A DNA stretch of 64,000 bases from the NCBI GenBank assembly GCA_036172245.1, contig JAYWIR010000035.1, forward strand, positions 1,550,001 through 1,614,000, read 5' to 3'. This DNA is from Raillietiella orientalis (taxonomy: Eukaryota). A program made the translations under genes and the position numbers. Positions 12,466 through 26,300 of the stretch are shown here, piece by piece. The notes beneath the pieces were generated by a model that searched no databases, had not been told where the DNA came from, and was given only the letters and a program-made list of their open reading frames with translations. Numbering within the stretch: the first letter of the stretch is position 1; the number at the start of each line of letters is the position of its first letter.

Positions 12466-15400
12466 TGCAAAGTGAGCGGTAAAGGCAGAAGGGTGGCAGA
12501 GTAGATGCCAGGAAGAGGACGGTCGCGAAACGTTTCTCTCGAGTCGGCGACGCCCATCCTTGCTGGCAAGCGCGTTTTCGTGGCTTTCGCCACGAGCTCG
12601 AGAATCTAGAGGGTTGCCCGGTCACTACCGTTCCATTTCCCATGACTTCCAGTCTTGGGGTATGGAATTCGTTCCTCTCCCTCCCCCCCCCCCCCCCCCT
12701 CTTCCTTCCTCTTCGTTTTGTTGCATGTCAGTGCGCTTGAAGGATGTGGCCGACAGATCGAAGCTTCGAATAGAGTAACGGATTTTCATCAGTGAACAAA
12801 AATTTGCTGTTCGAATGCAGAGGCGGGATCAAAGCGCACGATGAAGCGAAGAAGGATGCCCATCCCATCCCGGATGTTCGGAAGGCACTCGTGGGAAAGC
12901 CTGAAGGAGAGCAGCACAGACACAGCTGCTGCATTTCCCACGATAAAGTCTATTCCTCGAAGTTTTGAAGATTCGAATGCAACGGGAAGATTCCCACAGG
13001 GCATCGCCGGAGGAGTCACGAAGACGGTAGCTGCGGGGTCTCCTTGACCTCTCGCAGCCACAGAACACCCTTCCGCGGGCTCTCCCGTTTCAGGTGCAGC
13101 CTTCCGGCTGTTGGCGAATGAGCTGCGCCTAGAGTTGAAGAATTCCTGGTTCACTAGAAATGGACGGATTCGGGCCGGCGCGCCCAAGAAGCTGTCGTCT
13201 GGGAGGAAAGGAAGCAACAGCAAACGTCTCTGAGCTCGATGCTCTTCGGTCGCCGGGAAGGATACGTGGGGTGTCATTTTGAAGGAACATCCATCATCGC
13301 AGCACCACCGGAAGTCGCTGCGTTTTGAAGCATCGGGTTGCTCTGAAAAGGGAAGGGAACGCGCTGCGTCTGCAGCCGTGTTCGAAAAGTGTCCAAATGC
13401 ACCTTTCGATCGCAAACACCGGGGCGCACCGAGAGGAAATCCCGACACGGTTTGAACCAGGCTTGCATGCTCAGGCTACGTATGCGCAGGTGTTGCTCGA
13501 ATTTCCCAGAAACATCGATTTCGTGCAAGGAGGAAAGCGAGGGCGTTCTCTTCCTCGAAGTTCTGTGGGTCTTGAGATTCGGACTCTCGAGGCGCGCGAC
13601 TCCAAGGAAATCCTCCAAGGAATCTCGTGCCTCGACTGAAGAATCGATGGCCAGTCCGGACCGACGATTCCAGAGATTCTTTCACGAACCAAGGCGGGAG
13701 GGGGAACACGGCGAAGTGTTCGGGCCACACGACTGCAGCATCAAACCAACGAATCCTCCAGTAACACCCTTCGGAGGATCAGTGCACGACCCGGGGTCAA
13801 GGACGTTTTCAGGGGTTGAAAAAAATTGAGAGCACAAAGTAGAAGATTCCCTCGAACCGAAACACAGCATCCGGATGTGCGAAGTCCTTTAGTGGAAGAC
13901 GTGGCGAGAACCTGATGAGGCCTTGGCGGAAGCTGGAGAGTCCGAGTTGCCCGTATCTCATCAGGAAGCCACAATCTCTCCACATCCGAGCCGTTCATTC
14001 CCATGATTGAGGGGGGGGAGAGTGCGCGGCTGCTGCATCCTCAGCATCCCTGAGCGAGGCACGCGCGAGTCGGGAATTTCCCGCGACCTCCTTCTCCCCC
14101 TCCTCCTCCCCAGAGGAACTTTTTCTCCAGAGTGCCCAGACGGGTCTCTTGGTGAAGTGGCATCCTATAAAGGTGAGATGCAGATCCACGGGCTCATGCC
14201 AGAAGAGATGGTGGACGTTCTGGAAAAGAGTGGATTCCTGGGTGGGAGTTGTTGTGTAGCCACTCCCGACGAATTTGGCGTCGAGATGCGACCCATTTAT
14301 GACCCTGATGTCTGCTGACTGAGCTGCTTCAAGGAGGTGAACAGAAGGAGCGCTGCAAGGGCATCTAGAGAGATGAGGGATCCTGGAATCGAACTTCTGC
14401 TTCATAGGTTGAAGACATCAGGATAATTTGCATAGCCTCGTGGTGTGTCGCGTGTGATCAGGGAAACCCTGTGAGAAGAAGGCTGCGCTCGCCCCAAAGA
14501 TGGAGAAGCACTGGACATTCAAGACTAGGACGGGGTCCTTTAGATGTGGAGTCCCGTCATTGAAGGGATTATTGGATGAAGCCGGAGATTGGCGGGAACG
14601 CCGCACTCACAGACAGCGGAACGACCTGGGAGTGGACCAGCGTTCTGAAGTGTTGTGTCAGTGGCTGGAGCGACTCCAGCTAGTCCTAAGGTTGTGGATG
14701 GGGAAGCAGAGGTTGTGGTTCAGGAGAGTTGGGAGAATGCTGAGCCGTACAGTCACGGAGATTTCGATTCCTGCTGGAACGACAGCAGCGAACGTCATGG
14801 CATCCGAAGGCAGTAGGCTCGATCTCTAGCCTCAAAACAAAAACGTGGTTTGCTCAGGATTTGCACACTAGCATGGCCGCGGCGATCGGGGGGATGTGTT
14901 TCTGGACGGTGTACAGGTACGTGTACACCGTTACACTTTCTTTATCGAGTGGGACGAGATGCCGAAAACCGGGGCAATTCGAAGGCAATCTTCAGGGTGA
15001 CCGAAGGGTTAGAACGTGCGCCTCGAAGCAAGATCGGACCTTCTCCTGCTGCGGGAGGGTGGGTCGCGGAGACTCGCTTCCTCGAAGTGGCCGTCGAAGG
15101 GAAGCATCGTGACAGCTCGCGCTAGCACAGGGGAGTGTGCCCTGAGATCAACAGAACGGAGGTGACGAGAGTGTACAGTGACAGGAGGAGCGTTCGGGAA
15201 GGGGACGGATGTCCTCATAAGGCGCACACGCTGGAACGGTGCTGGTGATGGCGGAGTGGGTGATCTTTGGAAACGATGAGATTCCGGTAGGCATGGGGAG
15301 GAAAACGTTCAGGGTCAGATCCCGCTGCCGATGCTCATGAAGGCAGCTGTAGACTTCCGCGTCTCTAGAGGGCAGCATGCGAGGCCGGAAAGTCCAGCTT

Positions 15401-18400
15401 CGCATGCTTCCCGGACTCCCTTTCGTCAGGCCAGGTGGAAGAGGGCATGCGCGACCTCATCTGGGCTGCCCACTCATCTGACACTTCTTCATGATGACAC
15501 TCTGAATTTTTCAAAGGCTTCTTGGGCGTCTGGAGCGAAGGTTCATGCGTGATCGAGGAGGAGCGCAGTCGCGAAGGCGGGGGACCGCGAGCGTCTTCTT
15601 CATCACTGCATGGGATCCTGAGATGTGAGTGCGCCCGCGTGTTCTTGTTGAGAAGAGAAAAAAAGGAGCGCCAATTCTCAACGGAAGATTGGCAGGGTGG
15701 GCAAGGAACCAAGAAGACAGTAGCAGCAACAGGCCGGGCGCCTCTGCGGTAGCCGCACGTTACGGATGCGTAGAAGCGTGTGGGACCGCAGCGGTGGCGG
15801 CCCGATCGCACTTACGGGGGGGAGAGCGACGCGGCTGGTTGGTCGGTCGCCTTCGCCACGGCGCTACTTCCTGGGACGGCGGAGCAATTAGGAGGGCAAA
15901 AGGGCGTCGCTACGGCAGCAGGCATGCGGCTGACTTGCGATCCGCCCGTCTCTCTTTCCGTTGGGGAAACGCGGCCGAGCCCAGGGTCTCGAGGGCGCTC
16001 TCCCCGCTTCCCGGACGAGGAAGCAAACGGCATGGGGGTTGCCTTCTATCCTTCCTCTTCCCCCTCTCGAGTTCCCGCGAACCCTCCCTCCCCATTCCTG
16101 AGGATCCCGCGAGACAGGAGCTGCCGTGGGTTGTCAGATCGCAGACGGTGCACCCTCCCTCCTCCTCGCATTCGGAGCGACGTTTGAGTCACCGCTTCCC
16201 TTTCTGGGGCTCCGCGGGGTCGGTCGGCTGTCATTCCGGAGACGCTTGGAGGAGCGCGCTGGATTCTCGTCCGCTAAAGGCGCCCTTTCACACGAAAGAT
16301 CTTCCTCCCTCTGAAAAGGAGGAAGTCTTTTGCGGAGGGAAGGAGGGAAAGGGAGCGGCTAATTCCCGTTTCTCTCGCTCGCCACTGCAGTGAAACTGCA
16401 GAGGGAGGGAGTGGGGGGTGGAAAGCTGCACTGGAAGGGGACCTGTCTTCGTGTAAATCACAGATGCATCAGCGCCAACTGGACGCTGTGATGGGGAGGA
16501 GGCGTCCGATCGTGGCGGTCTAGAAGCCCCGGAGCACGCTGAAGCTCTTCGCGACGGCGCCCATGAGTCAATGTGGCGACTAGCCGGCGAAGTCTCGTTC
16601 CCCCCCCCCCCTCCCTTCCGCTCTTCCTCCTGCCGGTTCCTGCGGAATCGCTCTCCGGCGCGTGAGAGCGATATCCGGGAGATACTACACTTTGCATATC
16701 CGGGAGATGCATCGCTCAGGAAAGACGCTTACGGATGGACGCGAGGTGTTTCAAAGGGAAGGGGGCTGGGTTAAGAGGAAGGGGGTCCTCTCCAAGGATC
16801 CCTGGTCGAAAATATGGAGGCGTATGCGAGGTCGGCCCTCTTTCCAGAGACCGGAAGAGAGTGCTCGCGTCGCCCTCGCACTTCGGAGGGGCGCTGCTCC
16901 CAAGCGGTGCCGTCGAGTCTTCCTAGAAAGGGCCATCGGTCTCCCACCCACACAGACATTTTCCTTGACCCGCCCACTCTCCTCCCGGAAACGGCGAGGG
17001 AGCGGGCGTCTTGGAGGTGGAGCCAGCCGATTTGGCGATGCCTGGAGACGTGCTCAGGACGGTGAGCGTTCCGAGCGCGAAAATTCTCTCTCCGCGGGTG
17101 GACATTGGTGTCACATGCACCCACGGAAGGCCCTATGTTACGTAGGAGTACACTCCCTTGCCCTGAAGGTAGGGGTCCTGTGTTCTCCCCCCCCCCCTAC
17201 TTTTAGTTGAGGATTCCGGCTGGCTAAGAGACTGGTTCTTAGGGGGAAAAAAAAGGACAATTATCGGGGATGCTGGGTACAGGGCGTGAGAGCCCGCGCA
17301 CAATAGGAGCGTATTCCTGACGGATGAATGAGCACGGGATGCGCGTTTCACGTGACCCGCATTGGAGGGTGGCTTTGGAGAAGGAACGGGCAAGAGTGCG
17401 GAATCCTTCAGGTGAGCGGGAGGGGAAGGGAACTTCACCCAAAAGAAGTCCTTTCTTCCCATCCCTTCCCCCGCCCCCTAGATGAGAGGAGTACTGGATG
17501 AGAACTATCGGAAATTCAGAACCTCAGATGAGGACGCCTGAGGAGGTGGATTTGTGACGCTTCCTTCTCGGTAGAGAGCGACCTCTCTCCGCTCCCCACT
17601 CAGCTGCATCCTCCCATGGAAAGGGGAAATGGTAGATCTCGAGAGGGAGGGGGGAGGTCCTTGCTTTTGACCAGACGCAGCTTACCACGGATCATAGGGA
17701 GCGGGGCACGCCAGAGCTGGTGGCGGTACACTCGACTGTGAGCTCCTCAACTGTTAAATGCAGATCTTCGTGTACAAGGGATGGCGGCCATCTTGGAAGA
17801 TTCTCTTTTGGTGGATTTCAGTGGTTCGCCCTCGATGCTGAGGATGATGGGAGCGGATTCCCAACGAGCGTTCCCCCCTCTGGATGCGCGTCCGCGAGGA
17901 GCGGAGGAAAGGGAAAGAGGGACAGCAGAGAGCATCCAAGAAACCTTGAAAATCTTCGCAAAGGTTCCGTACGTGGGACGGTCAGAGAGCTCGCAGAACG
18001 CTGAAGATTCCACATTCTGCGAACATCCGACGGTGCAACGCGCGCACCTCAGTTGCCGCCTACCTGCTACTGAGTGTGCCTGCAGCAGCATATTGGCTCT
18101 GTCCTCGAAGCCACTGAACACACGAGCTGTTGGTCAACTGAGCACTCTGCAGAAACGAGGGTACAACTCGTGGGTTTTAGTAGAGAACCTATTGGAGCCC
18201 ACACGCACGGAAAGAAGAAGCAAACGCTCTCAAGGAAGGCATAAGGATAAAAGGAGGAATCTGTCCCCTAAATGCAAGTGCCTTGCAGCTGCACACGCTC
18301 CTCTTCAAGGAGAACCGTCTTCCACATGCAACGGATTCCTGCTAGACATCCAGGTCATCTTGCTGTCGCACGGCCATGGAATCGGCAGGCGAATTTCGGC

Positions 18401-19115
18401 AGCAGGAATTCGAGGTTGAGTGATGGTTTATTATCCTCTGGAGTGCTGGAGGAGAGAGACTTGATGCGACAGTGGATCGAGAGAGGGGTGGAGTCTGGGT
18501 GAATCCAATCTCAGGAAGAGGAGATTTGCGTGCAGCAGCTTGATCCCGAAATTCCCTTGCTCATTCGCGAGAATTTCACTCAGCACCTGGACACGGCTTG
18601 ATTTGCCTCCCCCTTGAAATCCACACCGCTACCCTGGATGGATTCTCACATTCACACACAGAGACTGCGTGGCAATGAGCTGAAGATCCAAAGACCACAT
18701 CAGGTGCTCCGCCTGATGAGCTGCTTTCGAGCCTATCCTAAGATCATCCGCACTCGAAGCTGCTTTCTTATAGTACGTGATCGCAATGTGAAGGGAAGCG
18801 TGAGAGCATCGTTTGAAAAGAACGGACGCATCTTGCCGCTTGCACGACCAAAAGATCCAAAAACGCGCGAAACGGTCGCCAAAGGGACGGACGAATGAGT
18901 TCCTCTGGCATCTGCTTCGAAAAGGCCGGAGATGCTCGCGCCTGAAGCGATCCGGGTGATACACCACACTCGAAACAGCTGTGTCTTCATGAATCGCATG
19001 GTTTTCAAAGATCGCGTGCGGCTCCCTTTCGTTTCGCCATTCCCACTACTTGCACCCCCTTCCGCTGTTTGAATCTCGAGCGATTGCAAGAAGTAATTTC
19101 TCTTCCTAACTCCAG

Positions 19116-19211
19116 GAGAATGTTTCCGGTGATCAGGATCTCAGTCAAGGGTCTGGATTCGTCGATCATGTACTCGGTGGTCTTGGAGGTCGTTCAGATA
19201 GATCAGCACCG
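19116..19211 (+). CDS. Bra: Brachyury-family T-box, exon 2
   Basis: Acceptor TCCAG|; RMFPVIRISVKGLDSSIMYSVVLEVVQIDQHR; donor GTGAG; phases match exons 1 and 3. Confidence 0.92.
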
Positions 19212-19274
19212 GTGAGCAAGATCGGACAGCAGCAGAGAACTGTCCTCACCTGCAACTGTCCTTTCTCTTTCCAG

Positions 19275-19443
19275 CTGGAAGTTCATCAACGGGGAGTGGG
19301 TGATAGGAGGAAAAGCAGAACTGCCGCCTGCTTTCACCACATACGTCCACCCGGAAGCTCCCAATTTCGGATCTCATTGGATGAAAGACTTTGTGCGTTT
19401 TGACAAAATAAAGCTGACCAACAAGCCCGGGATCAAAGGACAG
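19275..19443 (+). CDS. Bra: Brachyury-family T-box, exon 3
   Basis: WKFINGEWVIGGKAE...YVHPEAPNFGSHWMKDFVRFDKIKLTNKPGIKGQ; AG/GT boundaries. Confidence 0.95.
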
Positions 19444-19629
19444 GTGCAATCCGCTTCCAATCCGACTCTCCAGACCTCCTTCTTCCCCGACTATCGCGGC
19501 TTCGTTTCCCAGCTTTGCTTTTTCCATTTCCAGTTTTTCAAAGAATTTTTTCGGTGGACGCATGCGCCCCCCTCTCCTCCCCTCCTCTCTCCCCCTCCCC
19601 AACTAACTTGCTCTGCTACTGCGTTTCAG

Positions 19630-19764
19630 ATCACGCTCAACTCTCTGCACAAATACGAACCAAGAGTGCACGTTTTCCGCATCGGTGCCGAGTCCGAGTG
19701 CGTCAAAACGTGCGCGCTCCCTGCCACGCAGTTTATCGCCGTGACAGCGTACCAAAACGAAGAA
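19630..19764 (+). CDS. Bra: Brachyury-family T-box, exon 4
   Basis: TTTCAG|ITLNSLHKYEPRVH...TQFIAVTAYQNEE|GTAAGT. LNSLHKYEPR is typical of the Brachyury subfamily. Confidence 0.95.
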
Positions 19765-22470
19765 GTAAGTCCATTGCTTTTCGCTCAAGTCGAGAATCAT
19801 AAAAGCCCATTTGAGGGTGTCCTGTTGTGTGCATGCTCTTGCGTGAGTGGGTGGGTGTTTGTCGTGGGCGTGACCGTCACTCGCCCCTTCTGAACTCGGT
19901 CTACTAAAGCTTTATGGGTTCGTCGCATGGTACCGAACCCTCGGGAAGCGGCATTTGGGCAGCGGCGGCAAGATGGTCACCTCCTGGCACCAGGCAGCCA
20001 AGGAGCTGCGTTACGCCGAGCACGCCTTCCGCGAAAGGGGGGCCATCGATGGCTGCTTCGGCCCCGCAACGTTAGCGTGGCATTCCTTTTGTGGGCAGCT
20101 CGTAAGGTGGTTTCAGTTTCTCAGAGGAACTCTTTCGCAGCATCTTACAAAAAGCAGTTCGCTTCTTCCTGTTGCTGCTGTTGCATTTCAGTTTTTAGGT
20201 GCAATCCGAGTTTCCTTCTTCCTTTGCATCCTTCTGCTCGCGGATCATCTAGTCGCTCGCTGAGCTTTCCTTGTGTGCCAGGGACGCATTGGCTTATTCT
20301 CTGTAGACCATCGCCACCACAGAGATGAGCCATTATTAAGCGTTGGTTAGACTTGCAAACTTGGAGTGTCACTTTCTGAATGTTTACCAAGTTCGATAGT
20401 TGCTATGAAGTTACCTTTCCGTTGCTCGTTATTCATCGTAATTTGAAAGCGCCTCCTCTTCTCGCATATGCGTGCTTCCTCTCCCATTATCATGTTTCTT
20501 GTTTTAAAATCCCATCTCGAACTTTCGGATAAACTTTCTACGAGAACACTGTAGAAATCTCGACTTCGTCCTGGTTACGCAAGAACGGCGTCTTCGTGTT
20601 TTCTGGATTCGTCCTTGAAATCATTGTAACTTTGAAAGGATGTCGGTCGGTGACCATGGTCTTATCCACTAATCAGACAACTGCTAATCCTACTTTTCTC
20701 TGTTTTCGCCGCATTACAGCATCTTGTTTGCTTGCGACTGTTTGGACACCATCTTTGGATTCTCCTTGCAATGAACCACTCGAAGTACTCGCACGTGTTT
20801 GTGTAAAAAAAGCAGAGATTACTTGGCAATTCTTCATAGTATTTTTCACTTGTTTCGTCCCAAACACAGAAACGAACCGGTTTACTGGTTTATTACTGCT
20901 TTTATTCTTTCCTTATCCTCTATGGATTCTAGAGTCGCGAACGCTTTTCAGCGAGAAAGAGCTAAGCGCGCTCTTGCTACCATATTATTGCTCTTTTGTT
21001 CTTTTAAGGCCATGAAAGTTCTTTTAAGGTCGTTTTCTTCTCCTAAGGTATAATTCTACATTGGAAAAAAGATCGCTTTTTAGAATGAACCTCACAAGCG
21101 TAAGAGAACGAATAAACTCGATGCCTGTGGACACAGCTCCCAGCAATACTTTCTTTCTACATTGCTTTCTATCCGTTCCCTATTCTTTATATAGATAATT
21201 CCAGTAAAGCATTTTCATCAGACAAAATCTCCAGAATCTTTGGTCTTCCTAAAATCTTTAAAAGTCTGAATTATCGCCTCATTATGGATTTATTAATTAT
21301 AGCAAAAGTCGCCTAAGGCAGCTGCACTTTAGTGAAATTCTTTTCAGAAAGGTGTATGCACCCTGTATTCGCACCAGCACTTTTTGCTATCATTACTAAT
21401 GTGGGTAACTATTCCATGGAAAGAGTATGCTACTTTTCTGGGTTCTGAAAATAAAAATAGGTTTTGCACCATACACGAGGGATTCAATGAATGAGCTAAG
21501 CTATGCCGTAGTCATACCTTCTTGGTTTATGGTGTACATTTTGATCCACTTGGTTACACGTGCACTCTCCCTTTCGGGATGCACTGATGCAAATGCTTCC
21601 GAAAGTGGAAGACCGATTGCATGGACCAAACGCTGGACTCTATGATTTCATTGCATCCGTTTTACAGAACTCACAGGAACTCTCTTACTGAAAGCGAATT
21701 TTCTGTCAAAACTGTTTCATATTCCAAACTTTACAGGAGCATTTACAATTCCACTCGAACACTGACATCGGGAAATGGTTAGGAGATTTTTTAGCTTAGG
21801 TTACATGACATTACCCAGCCCGTGCTGGAGTTCCGAAAGCTAATTGAGACATCACTCTTTGATTTTTTTTTTTTTTTTTCTTCCAATAAATATCGAAACA
21901 GATATGAAAAGTTTCATGTTGCAACCTGAATCCAAAGCTGCCACTACTATTCGCTTGTTAGTAGTTCAAATAAGTAAATAAATAACATCAGAAACTCCTG
22001 GAATTTCTGCAAGTTGGGAAATTTCGAAGTTGAAAATAATTTTCCACAGCCTTTCTTTCAGTCAATTAAACAACCGTTCCATGACTAAGGGATTCTCTTG
22101 AATTTGTTGGTTTTTGGCAAGGCATTCCTCATGTCGAAAAGTTCTCTCTTTAAAGAACGATTCCACGGGAAGACAGGTAGGGGTTCTGAGAATGGGGTTT
22201 CCAAGAGTGTGTGGGTTCTGAGCTTCTGAAGCAGTTTTAGCTTTGTTTAGAAAGTTATGGTGGGAGAAATGGCAGTTCTTTGGTTTGAAATATCGTTGCC
22301 AATTTCAACAACAAAAAAAAAAAAAAAGCCCTGGATACGTATACTGCGCCAGATGAACATAGAGTTCTCCTTGCTGTAAATCTTTACTGCTTCCTGCCGG
22401 CTGCACTTTATCGCAGATGTTTCAGGATTCAGACCAAACCTGCACTTAATGCGGATCTTCTCAATTGTAG

Positions 22471-22727
22471 ATTACCACACTGAAAATAAACTACAATCCC
22501 TTCGCGAAAGGATTCAAAGAGGGTAAAGACAAACAAATGCAGAGTTTGGTACCTGTTCCGCTCATCAGCAGCTGGCAAAGGATGCAGAACAAGTCCAAGT
22601 CCCACGAAACTTCGAATTATCTCTCCGAGAATCAGTGGGATCAAAACAGTATCTTTAAATCATTTACGCCCATAAGGAACAAACGCTACAGGTTCCCGAA
22701 GCAAGAATATGATCTTCAAACAAGTGG
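22471..22727 (+). CDS. Bra: Brachyury-family T-box, exon 5 (end of T-box)
   Basis: TGTAG|ITTLKINYNPFAKGFKE, frame stays open; donor at 22728 (GTGACC) inferred, otherwise stop at 22729-22731. Confidence 0.85.
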
Positions 22728-22980
22728 GTGACCCTTTTTATTACTTCATTTGTTGGGGATTGTACCTTCAGAGGGCATTTCATTCAAAACCTGTGCGCAG
22801 GCTGAAAATAGGGGGTGGGGGGCTGGCAGCCGATAGGTTTTCATTATTCTAACTCGGAATCTATGCATATTTTCGATCCTCATCCCTTCAGGAAAAGAAC
22901 TTGAGGATCTCTAGAGTTTCTATAAAGAACTCGTGATTTTCGATAATGACCTCGAGGACCGTATACTTTCTTGTTAACAG

Positions 22981-23383
22981 CAACCCGCTTGTTGGCCTCT
23001 TTTCAGGAGTCCCTTCGCACAACCCTGATAGCCTTCCGGAAAACTTCAACTGCCTGTCAAATATCCAAACTATAGTGCCTTTCCATAATATGGACAGCAA
23101 TTGTGTTTTCCCTTGCCAATACTCGCAATACGGGATCCATCGCGGAAACTTCGAAGACTCCTCAAACACTCACTCGGTTTCTTGCGCTTCAAATTATCAC
23201 CAACCTCGTTTTCCCGTACCACGGTATCCGGAAAAGGACCATAGCAAAGATAACTGGACACACCAAGAGGACTTATGTGAGAAGCATAAATATTTCGACA
23301 CAGGTTTTCCTGTACAAACAGCTTCCTGCGTATCTATAGGCGATTTACGTCGGTCCATATTTTGTGCTTCCATGTCACCATGA
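22981..23383 (+). CDS. Bra: Brachyury-family gene, putative last exon (S/P/N-rich tail)
   Basis: Acceptor CTTGTTAACAG|; phase 2 matches the 22728 donor; joined CDS is 1341 nt (446 aa). No conserved motif confirms this exon. Confidence 0.55.
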
Positions 23384-26300
23384 GGGATTTTCTTCCCCTC
23401 CCCCCCACCCCCCCCTTCGAGGCACTGCACACCGTAGCATGAATAACTGAGCTGTGATTGCATCAGAGCATGAAAGGATGGTACTTAGAGAAACAAAAGA
23501 ATCAGGCCTTTGGGAAGTATGACCTGCCGAAGAACTGTTCTGGACGCAAACATTGATCACGAAAACTATTTTTTGGAAATAAAATTGCAAAATCAAATTT
23601 AATAACATCTACGATTATTACTCTTTTAATTTTTGTATTTTGTTGAACCCTTCAGCAACAACATGTGGAATGCTGAGTCCATACTGGTAATAATCCACTG
23701 ATTATTCACAGATAAATACCAATGCTTGCCCACGATATCCGAATATCGACGCTTCTTTTCAAGCCATCGCTTACCAAACTTTCGTTCCAGAGAAGTTGCA
23801 AGATGGGATGAGAGGGAGGAAAAACCTTAAAGGAGTAAATGTGGGTACAAAAAAAACAAGTGCAAAAAACCGTATCCGTCATAGGGAGACTTTTCCTCTT
23901 TCTTTCTCTCTCTCCCTCCCATTTTGAGGCTTGCGTGAAATGAAAGTTTGGCAAGTGAGGATTCGGATGCTCTTATGTTTGTACCTACAATATTCAAATC
24001 CTAATATCCATGGCGCCGAGTTCAGCATCCGCATGCAGTACGGATGGGAGAGTTGTTTTCGGATGCAAACCAAGCAAGCTCGGTACCAAGGTAACGGGGC
24101 GCCCGTCCGTCACGCACCTCAATGTATTCATGATTCTATGTAAATAGAATAAGCATTAAACAGATCTGTGAAAGAAGCATGAAAACTGATTCCGGAGAAA
24201 CCACAGAGGAAAAAGAGCCTTTAAATGACGAATCAAAGTCGTCTAGTAACCACAGTAACCCCTTACGTTAAAAAAAAAAAAAAGGCACAAAACACACATA
24301 CACACACATGATTGTAATTTACAGGATCTGTATCTCATTTTGGAAATTTTCACTGAACCTCAAAAGTGTCGAGAATCATCTATGATTGCTACCGAATGAG
24401 CACGATACATTTCGACTTCTTCGGGATAATTCAGTTCACTGAATAACATAAATTTATATTCAAACACATTGTTTGGAATGTGTAAGTTAAACACAATGCA
24501 AACGTGAGTTTGATATGAACACCTCAACTTGGTTTGGTCCATTCGTTTTATCTTTTAAACGTCTGCTGGAAAACGTGTATTCTTAGTCGGGTGCTACTCG
24601 GTCAGAATTCGTTTTATAACAGTTTGGAATTACTGAATGGAAAGATGCGCAGTGAACTGTACGATTCCACGTAGATGGACCTTGACTTTTTTTGTATTCG
24701 AATGTCTAATAATATGTTAAAAAAATTCTCCTACCTACATTGAATGTAGAGATCTAAATTGTCTAATGAAATTAAACTCTAACTGCTCCAGTTATGTTCA
24801 TTTAAAGTTCGACCTCTTGAAAGGGAACAGGATTGCCAGGTTCCCCTTTCCGGTGATTTCTTGTTGCTCCCCAGTTGGGACAGTACAAACAGCTGATGCG
24901 ATTCGATTTCGTAAATACAATTTTGAAGAATTAACTGCAATATTTTCAGAACGTTTTTATATTCCTAAAAATTCATATCCATTTGAACGTTTCATGCGCT
25001 CTTGGACGTTCGATTTAAATGGATATGGTTTTCCACATTCCTGGTTGTTTCATGATCCAACTGTCCGACATATTCTACAGTAATCGTTGAAACAACCAAG
25101 AGCTACTAAAACTATCCTGAAAGATGTCATTAGGATTAGGTCATCTATGATACTATTTTAATTCGCAATTTGATAATCTGCCTGTTACTGCCTTTTATCT
25201 TGCATTCTTACAAACTAACGTTTTTGAGTCTTGCATCAAAGTTCCAAGCTCTTTCATTTTCTAAAAAGGTCCTGTATCTTCAGCTATCCACTGTCTTGAA
25301 TTCTATCATTCAAGTTTGAATATTCTATATCCGAAACACTGACGACGGTTGTACACCCTCGTGCTTTAAAAAGAAAGTTTTATCGGAAATTCCAATCCCT
25401 TTTACCAATTACATTTGCAGTCCAAAGCCAAACATCTTTCCATAACCATAATTTTCTGACTCTTATAATTTTCTAGTGGCGAGTGAAGTGGGATGAAGCT
25501 TCGACATCAAATGGAACGCAATGGATAGAGGTAACGTTGTTAGCCAATCTTACGGACAGAACTCTTACTACTCCACTACACACATCATTCACATACGAAA
25601 CAAAATCCAAAAATGAAAAATACTTTTTTCATTTTGCATCAGGGAAATGAATTTACACAAAATTTAGTGCTTGTTTCAGTATACTCCCCTTGTTTACTGC
25701 AACGATCCTCAGAAGTGTACTCCGAGTTTAGTGATGTTTAAGACATAGGGATTTTTGAATTGTTCGTTGAGCCACTCCTGCAACCTTCGTTACCATCGAA
25801 AGGTTCGTCCAGACTCCGAGGTCAGATCGGATGATGACTTCGGGAGCACCAATCGCATGGTTCTGCACATAAACTGTCATACTTTTTTTTTCAATTTACC
25901 CTCGTACAGCATATCTCTGGTCCACAGCAGCAGTCAACAGGCTCCAGCGTTTGGTAGTCACAATATTAAATAACTTTGTTTTGAGGAGTGACATACATTT
26001 TCGACCTCGCCGAGCCTCGCAGAAGAATCTCTTGTCCACCGTGAGTTTTCCGAAAGCCATCAATCAGCGTGAGCAGAGTTCGGGAGTATGGATCTCCAGA
26101 GATCGGACTTTCTCTGTGGCCTTTCGCTGCATATCTGTTAGTCCTCCTTTGAACAGCGTTTCAGCGTGTGGAAATCAATCCAGTCCATATGCTGTTTCCT
26201 CTGCTACTCACCGAAAAGGCAATCTTTCATATCTATACCGAGGAACGCGATTCTTTTAACATATTTTTCCTTTTTCGACCGCCCTAGAAGTCAGCAGTCG

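Noticed and set aside
13912..13933. CTGATGA-GGCC-TT-GGCG-GAAG, hammerhead-like core
   Set aside because: Lacks the GAAA core and convincing stems I and III. Other CTGATGA hits are worse.
186..19089. Hundreds of overlapping six-frame ORFs (e.g. 7365-8525, 9974-11023)
   Set aside because: R/G/P/S-rich translations expected from GC-rich DNA, with no recognisable domains. Only the T-box exon 1 and LINE relics are supported.
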